DNA from: Fervidobacterium sp.
GTDB lineage: Bacteria > Thermotogota > Thermotogae > Thermotogales > Fervidobacteriaceae
DNA length: 64,000 nucleotides
Assembly (NCBI GenBank): GCA_049970055.1
Contig: JBMFNR010000001.1
Location: forward strand, 288,001 to 352,000
Reading direction: 5' to 3'
In this document: positions 50,955 through 61,074 of the stretch, piece after piece
How positions within the stretch are numbered: position 1 is the first letter of the stretch
Layout of the letters: each line of letters starts with the position of its first letter
Notes under the pieces: model-generated
Databases searched by the model: none
Told to the model about the DNA's origin: nothing
The model's input: the letters and a program-made list of their open reading frames with translations, nothing else
Translations under genes and position numbers: made by a program

Positions 50955-52802
50955 TTATAAGTTATTTAAGTATTGATCGATACCTCTTGCAGCCCAATAA
51001 CCATCCGCTACGGCATGTATGATGTCAGGACCGTTGACGATATCTCCACCAGCAAAGAGCCATGGTATCTGTGTTTGCCTTAAATTGTTGGTAAGGATTC
51101 TCGGACCAACAAATTGGAGCTTTGATTTCCATTCCTCTGGAAGGTAAGAATAATCCGGTGCTTGGCCTATCGCTTCGATGATCATATCACCATCGTAATA
51201 ACAGATCTGTGCTTCGTCAAATTTGGGGTTGAACCTTTTGTTCTCATCAAATACTTCCGTACATTTGACGCATTTTAATCCCTTTATCTTATCTTCATTT
51301 GGATAAAAGACAACTTCTCTTGGACCCCAACCCGGGTAGATTTTAACACCTTCTTCTTGAGCCTCTTCTATTTCTTCCATATCGGCTGGCATCTCGTCGA
51401 ATGTTCTTTCAAGACATGTTACTGTCACATTGACCTCACCGTATTTCAATTTTTGTAACCTTGCCATACTTCTGGCGATATCCATAGCAACGTTTCCACC
51501 GCCAACGACAACTACCCTTCTGGCTATCTTTGGTTCTGGACCTTCTCCTCTAAGGTAATCTCTAATTTCTCTTAGAAGTGGTAAGGCTTGAACGACATCT
51601 TGGTGGTCTGAACCAGGTATTCTTGTCGATCGCCCAAGCGTGAGACCTGTTGAAACGAATATTGCATCGTACTTAGATCTGAGTTCTTCAAACGAGATAT
51701 CTTTTCCAACGGTCACACCTGTGTATATTCGAACGCCCAAAGATTCGATGAATGCTATGTCTTTATCGAGTGCTTCGTCAGGTAGTCTGTACCTTGGAAT
51801 TCCATACCTCATAACCCCGCCCGGTCTGTTGAGAGATTCGTAGATATCCACTTCGTAACCCATCGATGCAAGAAAGTAAGCTGCCGAAAGTCCAGCAGGT
51901 CCACTTCCGACAATGCATACTTTTTTGTTTTTCTTCAGGGAGTCAAATTTTATAATTTCACTCCATTTTTCAGCTGGAACGTTGTCAACAATGTAGCGTT
52001 TTAACCATCTTATAGCTATTGCTTCTCCACGGTGTGAAATTGCACAGACTTCCTCACATCTGTGCGTACATACTCTACCACATACACCAGATAGTGGGTT
52101 AGCACCAAGGTTATTTTCACTTTCCACACCTTTCAAAAGCCATTTGAGTGCGTCTTGCAGATCGTCTTTCCATATCGCCTTTATGTATTGTGGTATTTGC
52201 ATATGTTCTGGACATCTATCCACACAAATGGCACATTCAACACACCTTGCCGCTTCTTTCATGGCTTCTTCTTTGCTATAAGCTTTTACAAACTCTACAA
52301 AAGAGTCAACGCGCTCTTTTGCTGGAATGTGCTCCGGGATAACGCGATCAAGATCAAGTAGGTCGTTTGTTTCTTCCCTTGTCCATCCTATTTTTATCTC
52401 GGCGGGATCTTTTTTAAGAATCCCTTTTTCCGTAGGTGCGTAGTAAAAGTCTTCCGGTTCTGGTGAGACAAATATGTACTCTCTCGTCATTTGCAGAGAG
52501 CCCGTTGTACAGATGTCAACACACATTGCGCAAAAACTACACCTTCCGTAATCTATCGCAGGTCTTTGTGGCTTCATTCCGTATTCTTGTTTCATGTCTG
52601 GTACTTCGACCATTGTTATTGCGTCCGTTGGACATATTTTCGCACAGGTACCACAGCCGATACATTTATCCCAATCGTTTATATGAAAACCTCTGTATCT
52701 TTGAGCAGCTTCTCTTTTCTCTTTTGGTACTTTTATTGTAACTGGCTTTTCAAACAAGTTCTTCCAACCTACCAACGGTGCGAAAAAGCTTTTATCAACC
52801 AT
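50955..52802 (-). CDS. mbxN: MbxN (NuoI-like 2x[4Fe-4S]) fused to a GltD/SudA-like FAD/NAD(P)H oxidoreductase domain
   Basis: RYRGFH, CIGCGTCAKICP, CSFCAMCVDIC; then RCVEC..C...CP, CGRVC...CE, GSGPAG, GGGNVAMD, AGGDIV.G. Confidence 0.88.
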   Translation of the reverse strand: MVDKSFFAPLVGWKNLFEKPVTIKVPKEKREAAQRYRGFHINDWDKCIGCGTCAKICPTDAITMVEVPDMKQEYGMKPQRPAIDYGRCSFCAMCVDICTTGSLQMTREYIFVSPEPEDFYYAPTEKGILKKDPAEIKIGWTREETNDLLDLDRVIPEHIPAKERVDSFVEFVKAYSKEEAMKEAARCVECAICVDRCPEHMQIPQYIKAIWKDDLQDALKWLLKGVESENNLGANPLSGVCGRVCTHRCEEVCAISHRGEAIAIRWLKRYIVDNVPAEKWSEIIKFDSLKKNKKVCIVGSGPAGLSAAYFLASMGYEVDIYESLNRPGGVMRYGIPRYRLPDEALDKDIAFIESLGVRIYTGVTVGKDISFEELRSKYDAIFVSTGLTLGRSTRIPGSDHQDVVQALPLLREIRDYLRGEGPEPKIARRVVVVGGGNVAMDIARSMARLQKLKYGEVNVTVTCLERTFDEMPADMEEIEEAQEEGVKIYPGWGPREVVFYPNEDKIKGLKCVKCTEVFDENKRFNPKFDEAQICYYDGDMIIEAIGQAPDYSYLPEEWKSKLQFVGPRILTNNLRQTQIPWLFAGGDIVNGPDIIHAVADGYWAARGIDQYLNNL

Positions 52803-52817
52803 TTGAACACCTCCCGA

Positions 52818-53921
52818 TTACCTATCAATTTCCGGTGCGCAGACACCCATCGTGTCAAGCCATATAGGAACGTCATCGATTCTTGTGCCTGGTAATAAAT
52901 GCTCAACTCCGTATAGTCCCTGAGGGTATGAAGCGCCTCTCACGGCTACTCTGTATGGTGTCTCGCCACCATCTGATACAACGAGGTAACCGTATTCTCC
53001 ACGGGTTGATTCAACGCGGGCATATGCCATACCTTTTGGCACTCTAATCCTCAGTCCATTTCCATCCGATATTCTAACGTTAACAGGGCCTAATGGCATT
53101 TTTTCAAGTATTTGACGTATGATTCTTATGCTTTGTCTTATTTCCTTCGGCTTCAAACTGATTCTTGCGTACGCATCGCCCTCTGTTGCCGTTGGTACAT
53201 CGAATTCAACTTTATCATAGAATAGATATGGATCGACTTTTCGTATATCGTATGCTACACCAGTTGCCCGCAGACCGATTCCCGTTACCCCAAGCTTTAA
53301 ACAAGTCTCAGTATCGATTTTTGCGATACCTTTCAACCTTGTGTGGAGTATTCTGTTTTTCAAAATGAACGTCTCGTATTCTGGTAATTTTTCTTCGAAG
53401 TAATCCATCAACTTGCTTATCTTTTCTTCCAAGCCGGGGGTTAAATCTTTCCTAACACCGCCTGGTATTATGTACATATGGTAGATTCTTGCTCCCGTGA
53501 GTTCTTCAAAAATATCCAAAACTTTGTCCCTATCGCTAACAGACCAGAACATACTTGTGTACATGCCAAGAGCCCCACCAATACCGCCGAAACTCCACAT
53601 ATGATTAGCTATCCTTGCAAGTTCAAGAACGAGCATTCTGATCCACTGTGCCCTTTCTGGTACATCAACTTTTGCAATTTTTTCTATAGCCATAGCGTAA
53701 CACGCTTCATTTATATCTGGCTCTGGAACACATATTCTTGGAATAAGAGCCAAATTTTGGTACCAAAGCCTTCTTTCCATTAATTTTTCAAATCCCCTGT
53801 GTAAAAACCCAGGGAGTGGTCTTGCACGCACGACGATATCGCCTTCAACGTACATATGCACGCTGAAATTTCCATGCATTCCAGGGTGATTTGGCCCGAA
53901 GAACAATTTTATTTCACCCAT
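52818..53921 (-). CDS. mbxL: Mbx large subunit (NuoD-like, no NiFe CxxC pairs)
   Basis: GPNHPGMHG, GFLHRGFEKL.E, RICVPE, ELARI..H, ESTRGE, CAPEIDR. Confidence 0.9.
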   Translation of the reverse strand: MGEIKLFFGPNHPGMHGNFSVHMYVEGDIVVRARPLPGFLHRGFEKLMERRLWYQNLALIPRICVPEPDINEACYAMAIEKIAKVDVPERAQWIRMLVLELARIANHMWSFGGIGGALGMYTSMFWSVSDRDKVLDIFEELTGARIYHMYIIPGGVRKDLTPGLEEKISKLMDYFEEKLPEYETFILKNRILHTRLKGIAKIDTETCLKLGVTGIGLRATGVAYDIRKVDPYLFYDKVEFDVPTATEGDAYARISLKPKEIRQSIRIIRQILEKMPLGPVNVRISDGNGLRIRVPKGMAYARVESTRGEYGYLVVSDGGETPYRVAVRGASYPQGLYGVEHLLPGTRIDDVPIWLDTMGVCAPEIDR

Positions 53922-54495
53922 TTATATCACCTCTTGTTTTATCCTCAATATTCGATCTGATGATCTTTGCTTCGTGAATAACATCCTTTTCGTATTCTCT
54001 ATCTGGATAGTGCTCTTTCGAGTATTTCAACGGGTCGAAATCTTTTCTGAGTGGTGGCAAATCATTCCAAAGTTCAAGAATCATAGGTTTCTTACAATTT
54101 TCATTGCCTTCGAATTCTACACCAAAGAATTCGTGTACATCTCTCTCGTAATATTCTGCGGTAGGCCACATGTCCTTTACCGTCGTGAAAGTTGGTTTGT
54201 CTCGGTCGATGAATGTAGATACAAGGAATGTTACACCGTTTGACCAATTCATGAGTATGTAGACAAGTTCGAATTTCTTTTGCTCTATCCAGTCGACGCA
54301 TGTTAATAACGATAAGTGAAAGTATCCTGCTTCTTTTAAATACGTCAACAAGGCGATAGTTTTATCGGGAAGAGAGATAATTTTGTACTGTCTTTGATCA
54401 ACCTGGGATATGTTAGCACCGTAGGTGTCTTTTATTTTTTCTAGAAGTTCAACCACATTACTCATTGAATTACTCGTGGAATTCATCATGCACAA
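53914..54495 (-). CDS. mbxK: Mbx subunit K (NuoC-like)
   Basis: TCVDW, YERDVHEFFGVEFEG, PPLRKDF; exact start uncertain. Confidence 0.9.
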   Translation of the reverse strand: MCMMNSTSNSMSNVVELLEKIKDTYGANISQVDQRQYKIISLPDKTIALLTYLKEAGYFHLSLLTCVDWIEQKKFELVYILMNWSNGVTFLVSTFIDRDKPTFTTVKDMWPTAEYYERDVHEFFGVEFEGNENCKKPMILELWNDLPPLRKDFDPLKYSKEHYPDREYEKDVIHEAKIIRSNIEDKTRGDING

Positions 54496-55015
54496 TCACC
54501 TCACCAAGGCTTCTTAACTGGTTCTGTTTGTACCACTCATAATTTTCTTTATACCTTTTCCAACCATTTGCCTCGCCTTTTCTTATCATTTCCATAAGCT
54601 GGTTAAATGCGGTTAGTATTGCTTCTGGTCTTGGCATACATCCTGCAATGTACAGATCCACAGGTATGTAATAATCAAGCCTATTTATCGTTGAGTAAGA
54701 ATCATAGTAGATTCCTCCGTTTATTGTACAAGAACCAAAGCCAATGACATACTTTGGATCTGCCATTTTTTCATATGTGTAGATAACTCTTCTTAACGTT
54801 TTAGCACTTAGATAACCCGTTATGAGAAAAATATCCGCTTGTCGTGGTGTTGCCATCGGCCCCATTCCAAGCCTTTCCATATCGAACCTAGAAGTCATTG
54901 ATGGCGGTAGCTCGACCGCACCACAACCTGTACAATAGTGCAACATCCACATAGAACGACTACGCAATTGATCCGCTATTTTCTCCCACACGCTTCTTTC
55001 ATCTATCTTCGACAT
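54470..55015 (-). CDS. mbxJ: Mbx subunit J (NuoB-like Fe-S)
   Basis: CTGCGAVE, TPRQAD, GSCTINGG, PVDLYIAGCMPRPE. Confidence 0.92.
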   Translation of the reverse strand: MSKIDERSVWEKIADQLRSRSMWMLHYCTGCGAVELPPSMTSRFDMERLGMGPMATPRQADIFLITGYLSAKTLRRVIYTYEKMADPKYVIGFGSCTINGGIYYDSYSTINRLDYYIPVDLYIAGCMPRPEAILTAFNQLMEMIRKGEANGWKRYKENYEWYKQNQLRSLGEVIVHDEFHE

Positions 55016-55042
55016 TATTACACCTCCTAGAAATTTATTGCA

Positions 55043-55918
55043 TCATTTGGAATTAACAACTATGAATGCTTGTAAGAACGCAAGTATTATAGGAACTGTC
55101 CAATAAAATGTCACAGCTTGTTCAATTCTGAATCTTGGCAGAACCGCTGAGATCATAACTGCCAAAATCCATACGATTAAGTACTTTAATAGAAACACAA
55201 AGTACGTTCCACCACCGAGGAAGAAGTCTACAAAAAGGCTTATCTCAACAAACTCCATAAAGGAATTCATAAGCATAAGAAGACCCATGTATTTTGCGGA
55301 TAGTTCAACCATTGGACCTGACGCGATCTCAGATGGTGCGATGGGGGATTCAAATGGTTCTTTACCAAGCATACCTTGTAACGATATGAAAGCAACAAGC
55401 GCTCCCACTGGAAATTTAATGATGTTCCAGCCATTGGCCTGAGCTTGAATGATGGATGTGATATTCGATGTTCTGTAATAGTACAAGAGAGAAGTAATTG
55501 TGATCAAATAAGGTACCTCATAGCCAAGCATTAGGGTTAACGCCCTTGCCACACCTATAGATGCCCATGGGTTACCAGTACCAACCATACCCATTGCCAT
55601 ACCAAGTGCGCCTACCGCGAATAAGTAAACTATAACAAAGAAATTATCAAGGCCTGGAAACGCAACGAGATTTCCAAGAGGTACAAATGAAAGTGTTGCA
55701 ATAACACCACCAAGTGCCATTAAAACACCGAAATCAAATATCCACCCATGTGTCCAACCGTGTTTTGTTAGTGTCTTGAAAAGATCAATAAAGTTCTGAT
55801 ACCATGGAGGACCGTATCGTTTTTGGATTCTTGCGGTAACCTTCCTTCCAATACCTTCGAAAGTTATTCCAAAGAAAAAAGCAGTCAATAATACTCCTGC
55901 AACTCTTATCGCCGTCAT
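55043..55918 (-). CDS. mbxM: Mbx subunit M (NuoH-like)
   Basis: RKVTARIQKRYGPPWYQ, PFESP.A.SEIASG..VE.S, PRFRIEQ. Confidence 0.9.
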   Translation of the reverse strand: MTAIRVAGVLLTAFFFGITFEGIGRKVTARIQKRYGPPWYQNFIDLFKTLTKHGWTHGWIFDFGVLMALGGVIATLSFVPLGNLVAFPGLDNFFVIVYLFAVGALGMAMGMVGTGNPWASIGVARALTLMLGYEVPYLITITSLLYYYRTSNITSIIQAQANGWNIIKFPVGALVAFISLQGMLGKEPFESPIAPSEIASGPMVELSAKYMGLLMLMNSFMEFVEISLFVDFFLGGGTYFVFLLKYLIVWILAVMISAVLPRFRIEQAVTFYWTVPIILAFLQAFIVVNSK

Positions 55919-55920
55919 GG

Positions 55921-57735
55921 TTACCACCTCACCCACAATAATAGTGCCAAAACAACTGCTGTCCAGAACAGATAAGCGGACGCAGTCCTACGCGCAAAGT
56001 AATCTATACCTTTTCCTATCGCTTTCAATACGTTAACGAATGATAGATACAAATCTTCAAGCGAAGGATGTCCTTCGTACTCGCGTTCCAAGAAAATATA
56101 AAACTTGGATGCATAGTGATAAAGGTCAAAATTATGCAAAAACTCACCAGATGTGTACTGATCTTCAAGAGGTATTTTCTTACCTTTCGGCATCAATGTG
56201 TAAATAACCGTTGCAATTATGAAACCAACTGCGAACATCACAAACACAGTCCATGTGTCCCAATATCCCATACTTGTGTAAAGTTTTGTCCCTTCAAAGT
56301 GGAATGGTTCCATTCCGAACTCTTTTTGAACGTCTGTGATCCAAACTAATACCTGCTGTGGGAATACACCCCAAAGAACAGTTAAGAACACAAGAACGAT
56401 CATCGGGATGGTCATAAATGCAGGTGCTTCTTTAACGTCTTTGTGTGCACGTTTCAACTGCCCAAGGAAAACGCCAGCAAGGGGTCTGAAAACATACAAG
56501 AACGAACCAATACTTCCAACAAAGACAAACATTTCGGTAACGAACATCCCTTTGGATACAAGAGTTTGGAAAATCATCCACTTTGAGATGAATCCACTTG
56601 TTGGCGGTATGCCAGCCAATGAAATTATTCCAACAAGGTAAGTGACAAAAGTTAACGGCATTTTGTGGATAAGTCCACCAAGTTCATCTATCTTAGTTGT
56701 TCCTGTTCTGTAAACAACTGCTGCAAATGAAAGGAATATCATAGTCGCTGCAAGCGCATGGTTTATAACATGGAACAAACCACCCGCGTAACCAACTTTA
56801 TCAAGTGTTGCAAGCCCTATTAGTATGTACCCACTATTCGCAACTGTTGAGTAAGCGATCAACATCTTCATATCGTTTTGCTTTATCGCCATAAGCGTCC
56901 CAATAAGTATAGAGATGTTACCGAGCCAGATGAGCACGTAAGACAATAGGTTAACACCATGGTAAAACTCGCTAAACAAAACAGAAATTGGGAAAACTGT
57001 AAGAACAAGTGCGATTATATAAGCCCCCATCTTCACAAGCTGACCAGATAGTACGGCACTAAATGTATCAGGTGCATTTCCGTGTACATTCCTAAGCCAC
57101 GTGTGAAGCGGAAATACACCGCTTTTCGCAATACCTGCACCAAGTAAAAGAATGATTACCGCCCATCTAAAACTAATAGACTCATTTGGTAAGTTCTTAG
57201 CAATTTCAAATATGTTGAATGTGCCAAACCTTGTGTAAAGCATAAAGGCCCCGTACAAGAACATGTAACTACCAATGGAACTGATAACTATGTACCAGAT
57301 CGTAGCTTTCCTTGATTCTTCTTTGCCCATGGGTACAATAAAGAGTGAACCGAGTACAGCTATTTCCCAGAAGATGTACATAACTATAAGATGTGACGAA
57401 AAAAACACACCGAGCGTACCAAGCATGGTAAGAATCGAAAAAGCATTAAAAGCATGAGGATTTTGGGCTTTAGAAATCCAAGAAATATTGAAAAATGCAA
57501 AAGATGCGTAAACTATCAGCGAAAGAATCGCAAAATATTTTGACATCGCTGTAAATTGTAGAACATTTTCAAAGCCAAAGAGTGGTTCAGATGTACCCGT
57601 TGGCATGTTCCATAGCGAAAGTAACGCGTAAATGGAAAGTGTGAACAATACAACAGGACCGAGGCTCTTATTCAATTTAGATAAAAGGTAACTGACGAGT
57701 GTACCAAAGGAAAGGTAAATTATAAGTGTTTGCAT
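55921..57735 (-). CDS. Mbx antiporter-like subunit H' (MnhD/NuoL-type)
   Basis: KSGVFPLHTWL, SAVLSG..VKMG.Y, KMLIAYST, LAGIPPTSGFISKW. Confidence 0.9.
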   Translation of the reverse strand: MQTLIIYLSFGTLVSYLLSKLNKSLGPVVLFTLSIYALLSLWNMPTGTSEPLFGFENVLQFTAMSKYFAILSLIVYASFAFFNISWISKAQNPHAFNAFSILTMLGTLGVFFSSHLIVMYIFWEIAVLGSLFIVPMGKEESRKATIWYIVISSIGSYMFLYGAFMLYTRFGTFNIFEIAKNLPNESISFRWAVIILLLGAGIAKSGVFPLHTWLRNVHGNAPDTFSAVLSGQLVKMGAYIIALVLTVFPISVLFSEFYHGVNLLSYVLIWLGNISILIGTLMAIKQNDMKMLIAYSTVANSGYILIGLATLDKVGYAGGLFHVINHALAATMIFLSFAAVVYRTGTTKIDELGGLIHKMPLTFVTYLVGIISLAGIPPTSGFISKWMIFQTLVSKGMFVTEMFVFVGSIGSFLYVFRPLAGVFLGQLKRAHKDVKEAPAFMTIPMIVLVFLTVLWGVFPQQVLVWITDVQKEFGMEPFHFEGTKLYTSMGYWDTWTVFVMFAVGFIIATVIYTLMPKGKKIPLEDQYTSGEFLHNFDLYHYASKFYIFLEREYEGHPSLEDLYLSFVNVLKAIGKGIDYFARRTASAYLFWTAVVLALLLWVRW

Positions 57736-57736
57736 A

Positions 57737-59104
57737 TCACATACCTCCCAATATGAGGTCCATGTATGTTTTTGTATCGATAATGTGAGACGCTATGATA
57801 TTCGTCTGGTCTTGAACAATATGTGGTAAGAAACCTACAATTATAAGTACCATCGCAAGTAATAATACAACAAGCTTACCTGCAAGGGGTATGTCACTTT
57901 CTTGCCCTTGCGCCTCATCGCTTGACTTCTTGTACCACAGATCAACATTCCATTTAATGAGATATCCTGCTTCGATAATTGTTGCTATCAATAAAACCGC
58001 GGGTAATGAATAATTTCCGATTTCAAATAATGCTCTCAAAAGGTTAAGTTTTGCCCAAAATCCGGCAAACATTGGGAAACCTATCAACGATAGTGATGCT
58101 ATAGTGAACGCAACTCCCACTGTTTTGTTTTCCTTAAAGCCCTTGTGACCTGTATACGCGTAGATGGAGAAGAGGATCAACTTAGCGATTGCATCGTTGA
58201 ATAGATATAAATATGCTGCAGATATCACATTTTCATCCAACATCGATAAAGCTGCAACGACAACACTTACACCAGCTATCGCGGTATATGAGAGTGCCCT
58301 TCCAAGATTTTTCTGTTTTAGAGCGCCAAGTTGTGCAAATATTATGGAAATCATGGCGAGTATGCTAACTAAATTTGAATGACTGAAACCAAGTACGTTA
58401 ATGAATATTCTTGAGAACAAATAAGCAATAGATACCGTAACGGCACTGCCAAGTACAACGGGAGTGATGGAACTGCCGTTAGAGTAAACGTCAGGAGCCC
58501 AAAATCCGAGCGGTAGAACTTTCAATTCTATTAGCAATGCGATCAGGAAAAATACGCTAACTGTGGGAACTACCACTGGATCCATGATGAAACCAACATA
58601 TGCCATATTGAGTGTACCAGCTTTTACGTAACTTAGTACAGCGCCCAAAAGATACAATGTTCCACCGACACTGCCGAATATCAGGTACTTGAAAGCTCCG
58701 TATGAATTATTTTTGTGACTTGCAATTATGTAAGAAACGGCTGCGATAATTTCAAGAAAAACAAATGAATTAAAAAGATCGCCAGTAAGTATCAAGCCGT
58801 TCAACGCTGCTGTCAGTACAAGCAGAAGCGTGCCGTACTTTTCTTCAAGATCTGAGAGTAGGGAAACCGCAAGTAAAATTAAATTGACAAAGAGTAAAAA
58901 CCAATAACTTACATTATCTAACACCAATACTATACCGTACGCAGCAGGCCAACCACCGATTTCAATCACTTGCGTTGGTTTTACATACATCAAAAGTAGA
59001 ATGTTGAAAAGTGTTACAAAGGGTAGAAAGTAATTACCAAGTTTCTTATGTGGGATTGATGCAAAAGCGAAAACTAGTGGGATTGCAATCGTAAGAGCTA
59101 TCAT
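57737..59104 (-). CDS. mbxH: Mbx antiporter-like subunit H (MnhD-type)
   Basis: GGWPAAYGI.L..D, DLFNSFVFLEI, AFKYL, WAPDVY, GFPMFAGF.AK. Confidence 0.9.
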   Translation of the reverse strand: MIALTIAIPLVFAFASIPHKKLGNYFLPFVTLFNILLLMYVKPTQVIEIGGWPAAYGIVLVLDNVSYWFLLFVNLILLAVSLLSDLEEKYGTLLLVLTAALNGLILTGDLFNSFVFLEIIAAVSYIIASHKNNSYGAFKYLIFGSVGGTLYLLGAVLSYVKAGTLNMAYVGFIMDPVVVPTVSVFFLIALLIELKVLPLGFWAPDVYSNGSSITPVVLGSAVTVSIAYLFSRIFINVLGFSHSNLVSILAMISIIFAQLGALKQKNLGRALSYTAIAGVSVVVAALSMLDENVISAAYLYLFNDAIAKLILFSIYAYTGHKGFKENKTVGVAFTIASLSLIGFPMFAGFWAKLNLLRALFEIGNYSLPAVLLIATIIEAGYLIKWNVDLWYKKSSDEAQGQESDIPLAGKLVVLLLAMVLIIVGFLPHIVQDQTNIIASHIIDTKTYMDLILGGM

Positions 59105-59445
59105 TCTATCACTTCCCTTGCAGCGCGAATTTCGTCTGCATCAACGGAGTTGTACTCTTCATGTAAATGTATCAAAAGCATAGCACCAAGGGCTAGTGTA
59201 CCCACACCGATGACGATGGCTGTGAGAACAAGTGCTTGTGGAAGTGGATCAACAAATTTTGCAACAGGTGTAATAGCAGAATAAATTGGTGCTTCCATAC
59301 CCTCTAAGTATCCAAGAGATATAATGAATATATTAGCGGCTGTATCTATCAATGAAAGAGAAATGAGTTGTTTAAACATATTTTTTTGCGAAATTATACC
59401 GTAGATTCCAATACCCATAATTATAAAAGTAACATAATATATCAC
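59101..59445 (-). CDS. mbxG: Mbx subunit G (MnhC-like)
   Basis: VDPLPQALVLTAIVIG. Confidence 0.92.
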   Translation of the reverse strand: MIYYVTFIIMGIGIYGIISQKNMFKQLISLSLIDTAANIFIISLGYLEGMEAPIYSAITPVAKFVDPLPQALVLTAIVIGVGTLALGAMLLIHLHEEYNSVDADEIRAAREVIE

Positions 59446-59448
59446 ATC

Positions 59449-60174
59449 TCATCCCTCCTTCATTTCGGAAATAATCGCTGAAAGTTCTGCACCAACTTTG
59501 AAACCTATCAGCACATATACGATGGGAACTACACCTGCACTGAACAGATCTCCAACGGTACCTGTGGGTAAAAAGTTTTTCAAAAACACACCAGCAATAG
59601 CCATTCCTAACAAGCCAACGATAACGTAACCTGCTCCAGCCGATTGCTCAATATGCTTAGCTACATCTGTAACTTTGAATTCATTATTAGCTAACATAAG
59701 CAAAAGGACTCCCAAAGTTATAACTGTTCCTCCGGGGAACCCACCACCAGGAGATAAATGGCCGTGTATGAATATGTACGCTCCGAAGATCAATACAAAC
59801 GGAAGGAGCAATCCAGAAGCGATCTTTAAAACGAAGTGATCTTGAACTTCCAACCTTCTTTTTCTTCTTGATGACGAGCTAAGAATACCAACACCAAGGG
59901 CTGCTGTAAAAAGAACAGTGACTTCGCCGAGGGTATCGAAAGATCTGTAGTTGACGACTATAGAGGTAACCACGTTTGCACTCCCATCCTCAAGGTTAGA
60001 AGATTTTTTAAACTCAACTGATTTATAAGCGGTTGATGTACTCTTCGATATGTAATCAAATGAAACCCTTGTGAACATATCAAAATTTCCAAAATCTGGG
60101 ATTATCGGTAAGATCTTACCTATGAGAAAGTAAAGAAAAATCACTGCAATCAATATGGCCCATACGCGTCTCAT
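59449..60174 (-). CDS. mbxF: Mbx subunit F (MnhB-like)
   Basis: NVVTSIVVNYRSFDTLGE, HGHLSPGGGFPGG. Confidence 0.9.
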   Translation of the reverse strand: MRRVWAILIAVIFLYFLIGKILPIIPDFGNFDMFTRVSFDYISKSTSTAYKSVEFKKSSNLEDGSANVVTSIVVNYRSFDTLGEVTVLFTAALGVGILSSSSRRKRRLEVQDHFVLKIASGLLLPFVLIFGAYIFIHGHLSPGGGFPGGTVITLGVLLLMLANNEFKVTDVAKHIEQSAGAGYVIVGLLGMAIAGVFLKNFLPTGTVGDLFSAGVVPIVYVLIGFKVGAELSAIISEMKEG

Positions 60175-60458
60175 CTTTTTTCACCTGCCTCTATCTTCCA
60201 TAGTGCGAATATCATAACCACACTGGCAAGTCCTGAACCAACTGCCGCTTCAGTGATAGCCACGTCAGGTGACTTAAGTACAATGAATATAAATACAGAT
60301 AACAAACTAACCGCGGATAGAGCTATAAGTGAATCTATAATTTTCTTTGTTTCTACTGCGAATATCGAGAAAATTACCATCATCACTCCAACCAAGAAAG
60401 CTGTTGCATTAGTTGTACTAGTAAAAATATTAGAGAAGAATTCTGCAATAATCGTCAT
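60171..60458 (-). CDS. mbxD: Mbx subunit D (DUF4040 / MnhB-related)
   Basis: SPDVAITEAAVG.G. Confidence 0.88.
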   Translation of the reverse strand: MTIIAEFFSNIFTSTTNATAFLVGVMMVIFSIFAVETKKIIDSLIALSAVSLLSVFIFIVLKSPDVAITEAAVGSGLASVVMIFALWKIEAGEKR

Positions 60459-60790
60459 TTTACATCACCACCACTAATTTCATCAACAAAGGTTTCTTCA
60501 CATTTCTTCGCATTGTTCTTATAAGCTGCTCGCGTCGTTAGTGAAGCAGCAACAGGGTTTGTCAGTGCGATAAAGATGATTATCAAAAGTGCTTTTCCAA
60601 AAAAGGAAAAGTCCAAGATCCCGACACCAAGTGCGATAGAAAATGTTCCAAGCGTGGTAGCCTTAGTTGAAGCTTGCAATTTTGTATAGATATCTGGCAT
60701 TTTTAAAAGGCCAAGCCCTGCTAAGAAGTAAAAAAGTGAACCTAAGCCAATTAGTGAATATCCAAACATTTCTCTTATCATTTCAATCAT
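60455..60790 (-). CDS. mbxC: Mbx subunit C (MnhG-like)
   Basis: GLLKMPDIYTKLQASTKATTLG, TNPVA. Confidence 0.9.
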   Translation of the reverse strand: MIEMIREMFGYSLIGLGSLFYFLAGLGLLKMPDIYTKLQASTKATTLGTFSIALGVGILDFSFFGKALLIIIFIALTNPVAASLTTRAAYKNNAKKCEETFVDEISGGDVK

Positions 60791-61074
60791 TTACTATCAC
60801 CACTCTTTTGGGTTTTGCTTTCAAGAAACCTTGCAAAAACGACGGTTTCTATGAAACCAAGCAGACCATACAGAATGGCTATATCCATGTACATGTTGTT
60901 CTTAAAGATGTACGAGAGAAGGACAATTACACCTAACAACATTACATTCATCATATCAACAGCGGCGAGTCTTTCAAATGTCGTAGGACCAAGTAAAAAC
61001 CTTAGAAGTGAGAGGAATACACCCAGTCCCGTAAGTCCAAAAACAATTACATCGATGATAAAAGATCCACTCAT
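60787..61074 (-). CDS. mbxB: Mbx subunit B (MnhF-like)
   Basis: RFLLGPTTFERLAAVD, MDIAILY.LLGF. Confidence 0.9.
   Translation of the reverse strand: MSGSFIIDVIVFGLTGLGVFLSLLRFLLGPTTFERLAAVDMMNVMLLGVIVLLSYIFKNNMYMDIAILYGLLGFIETVVFARFLESKTQKSGDSK

Noticed and set aside
52818..53921. NiFe hydrogenase (Mbh) or canonical complex I
   Set aside because: Both NiFe CxxC motifs are incomplete, there are no nuoA/J/EFG genes, and gene order is mbx-type.
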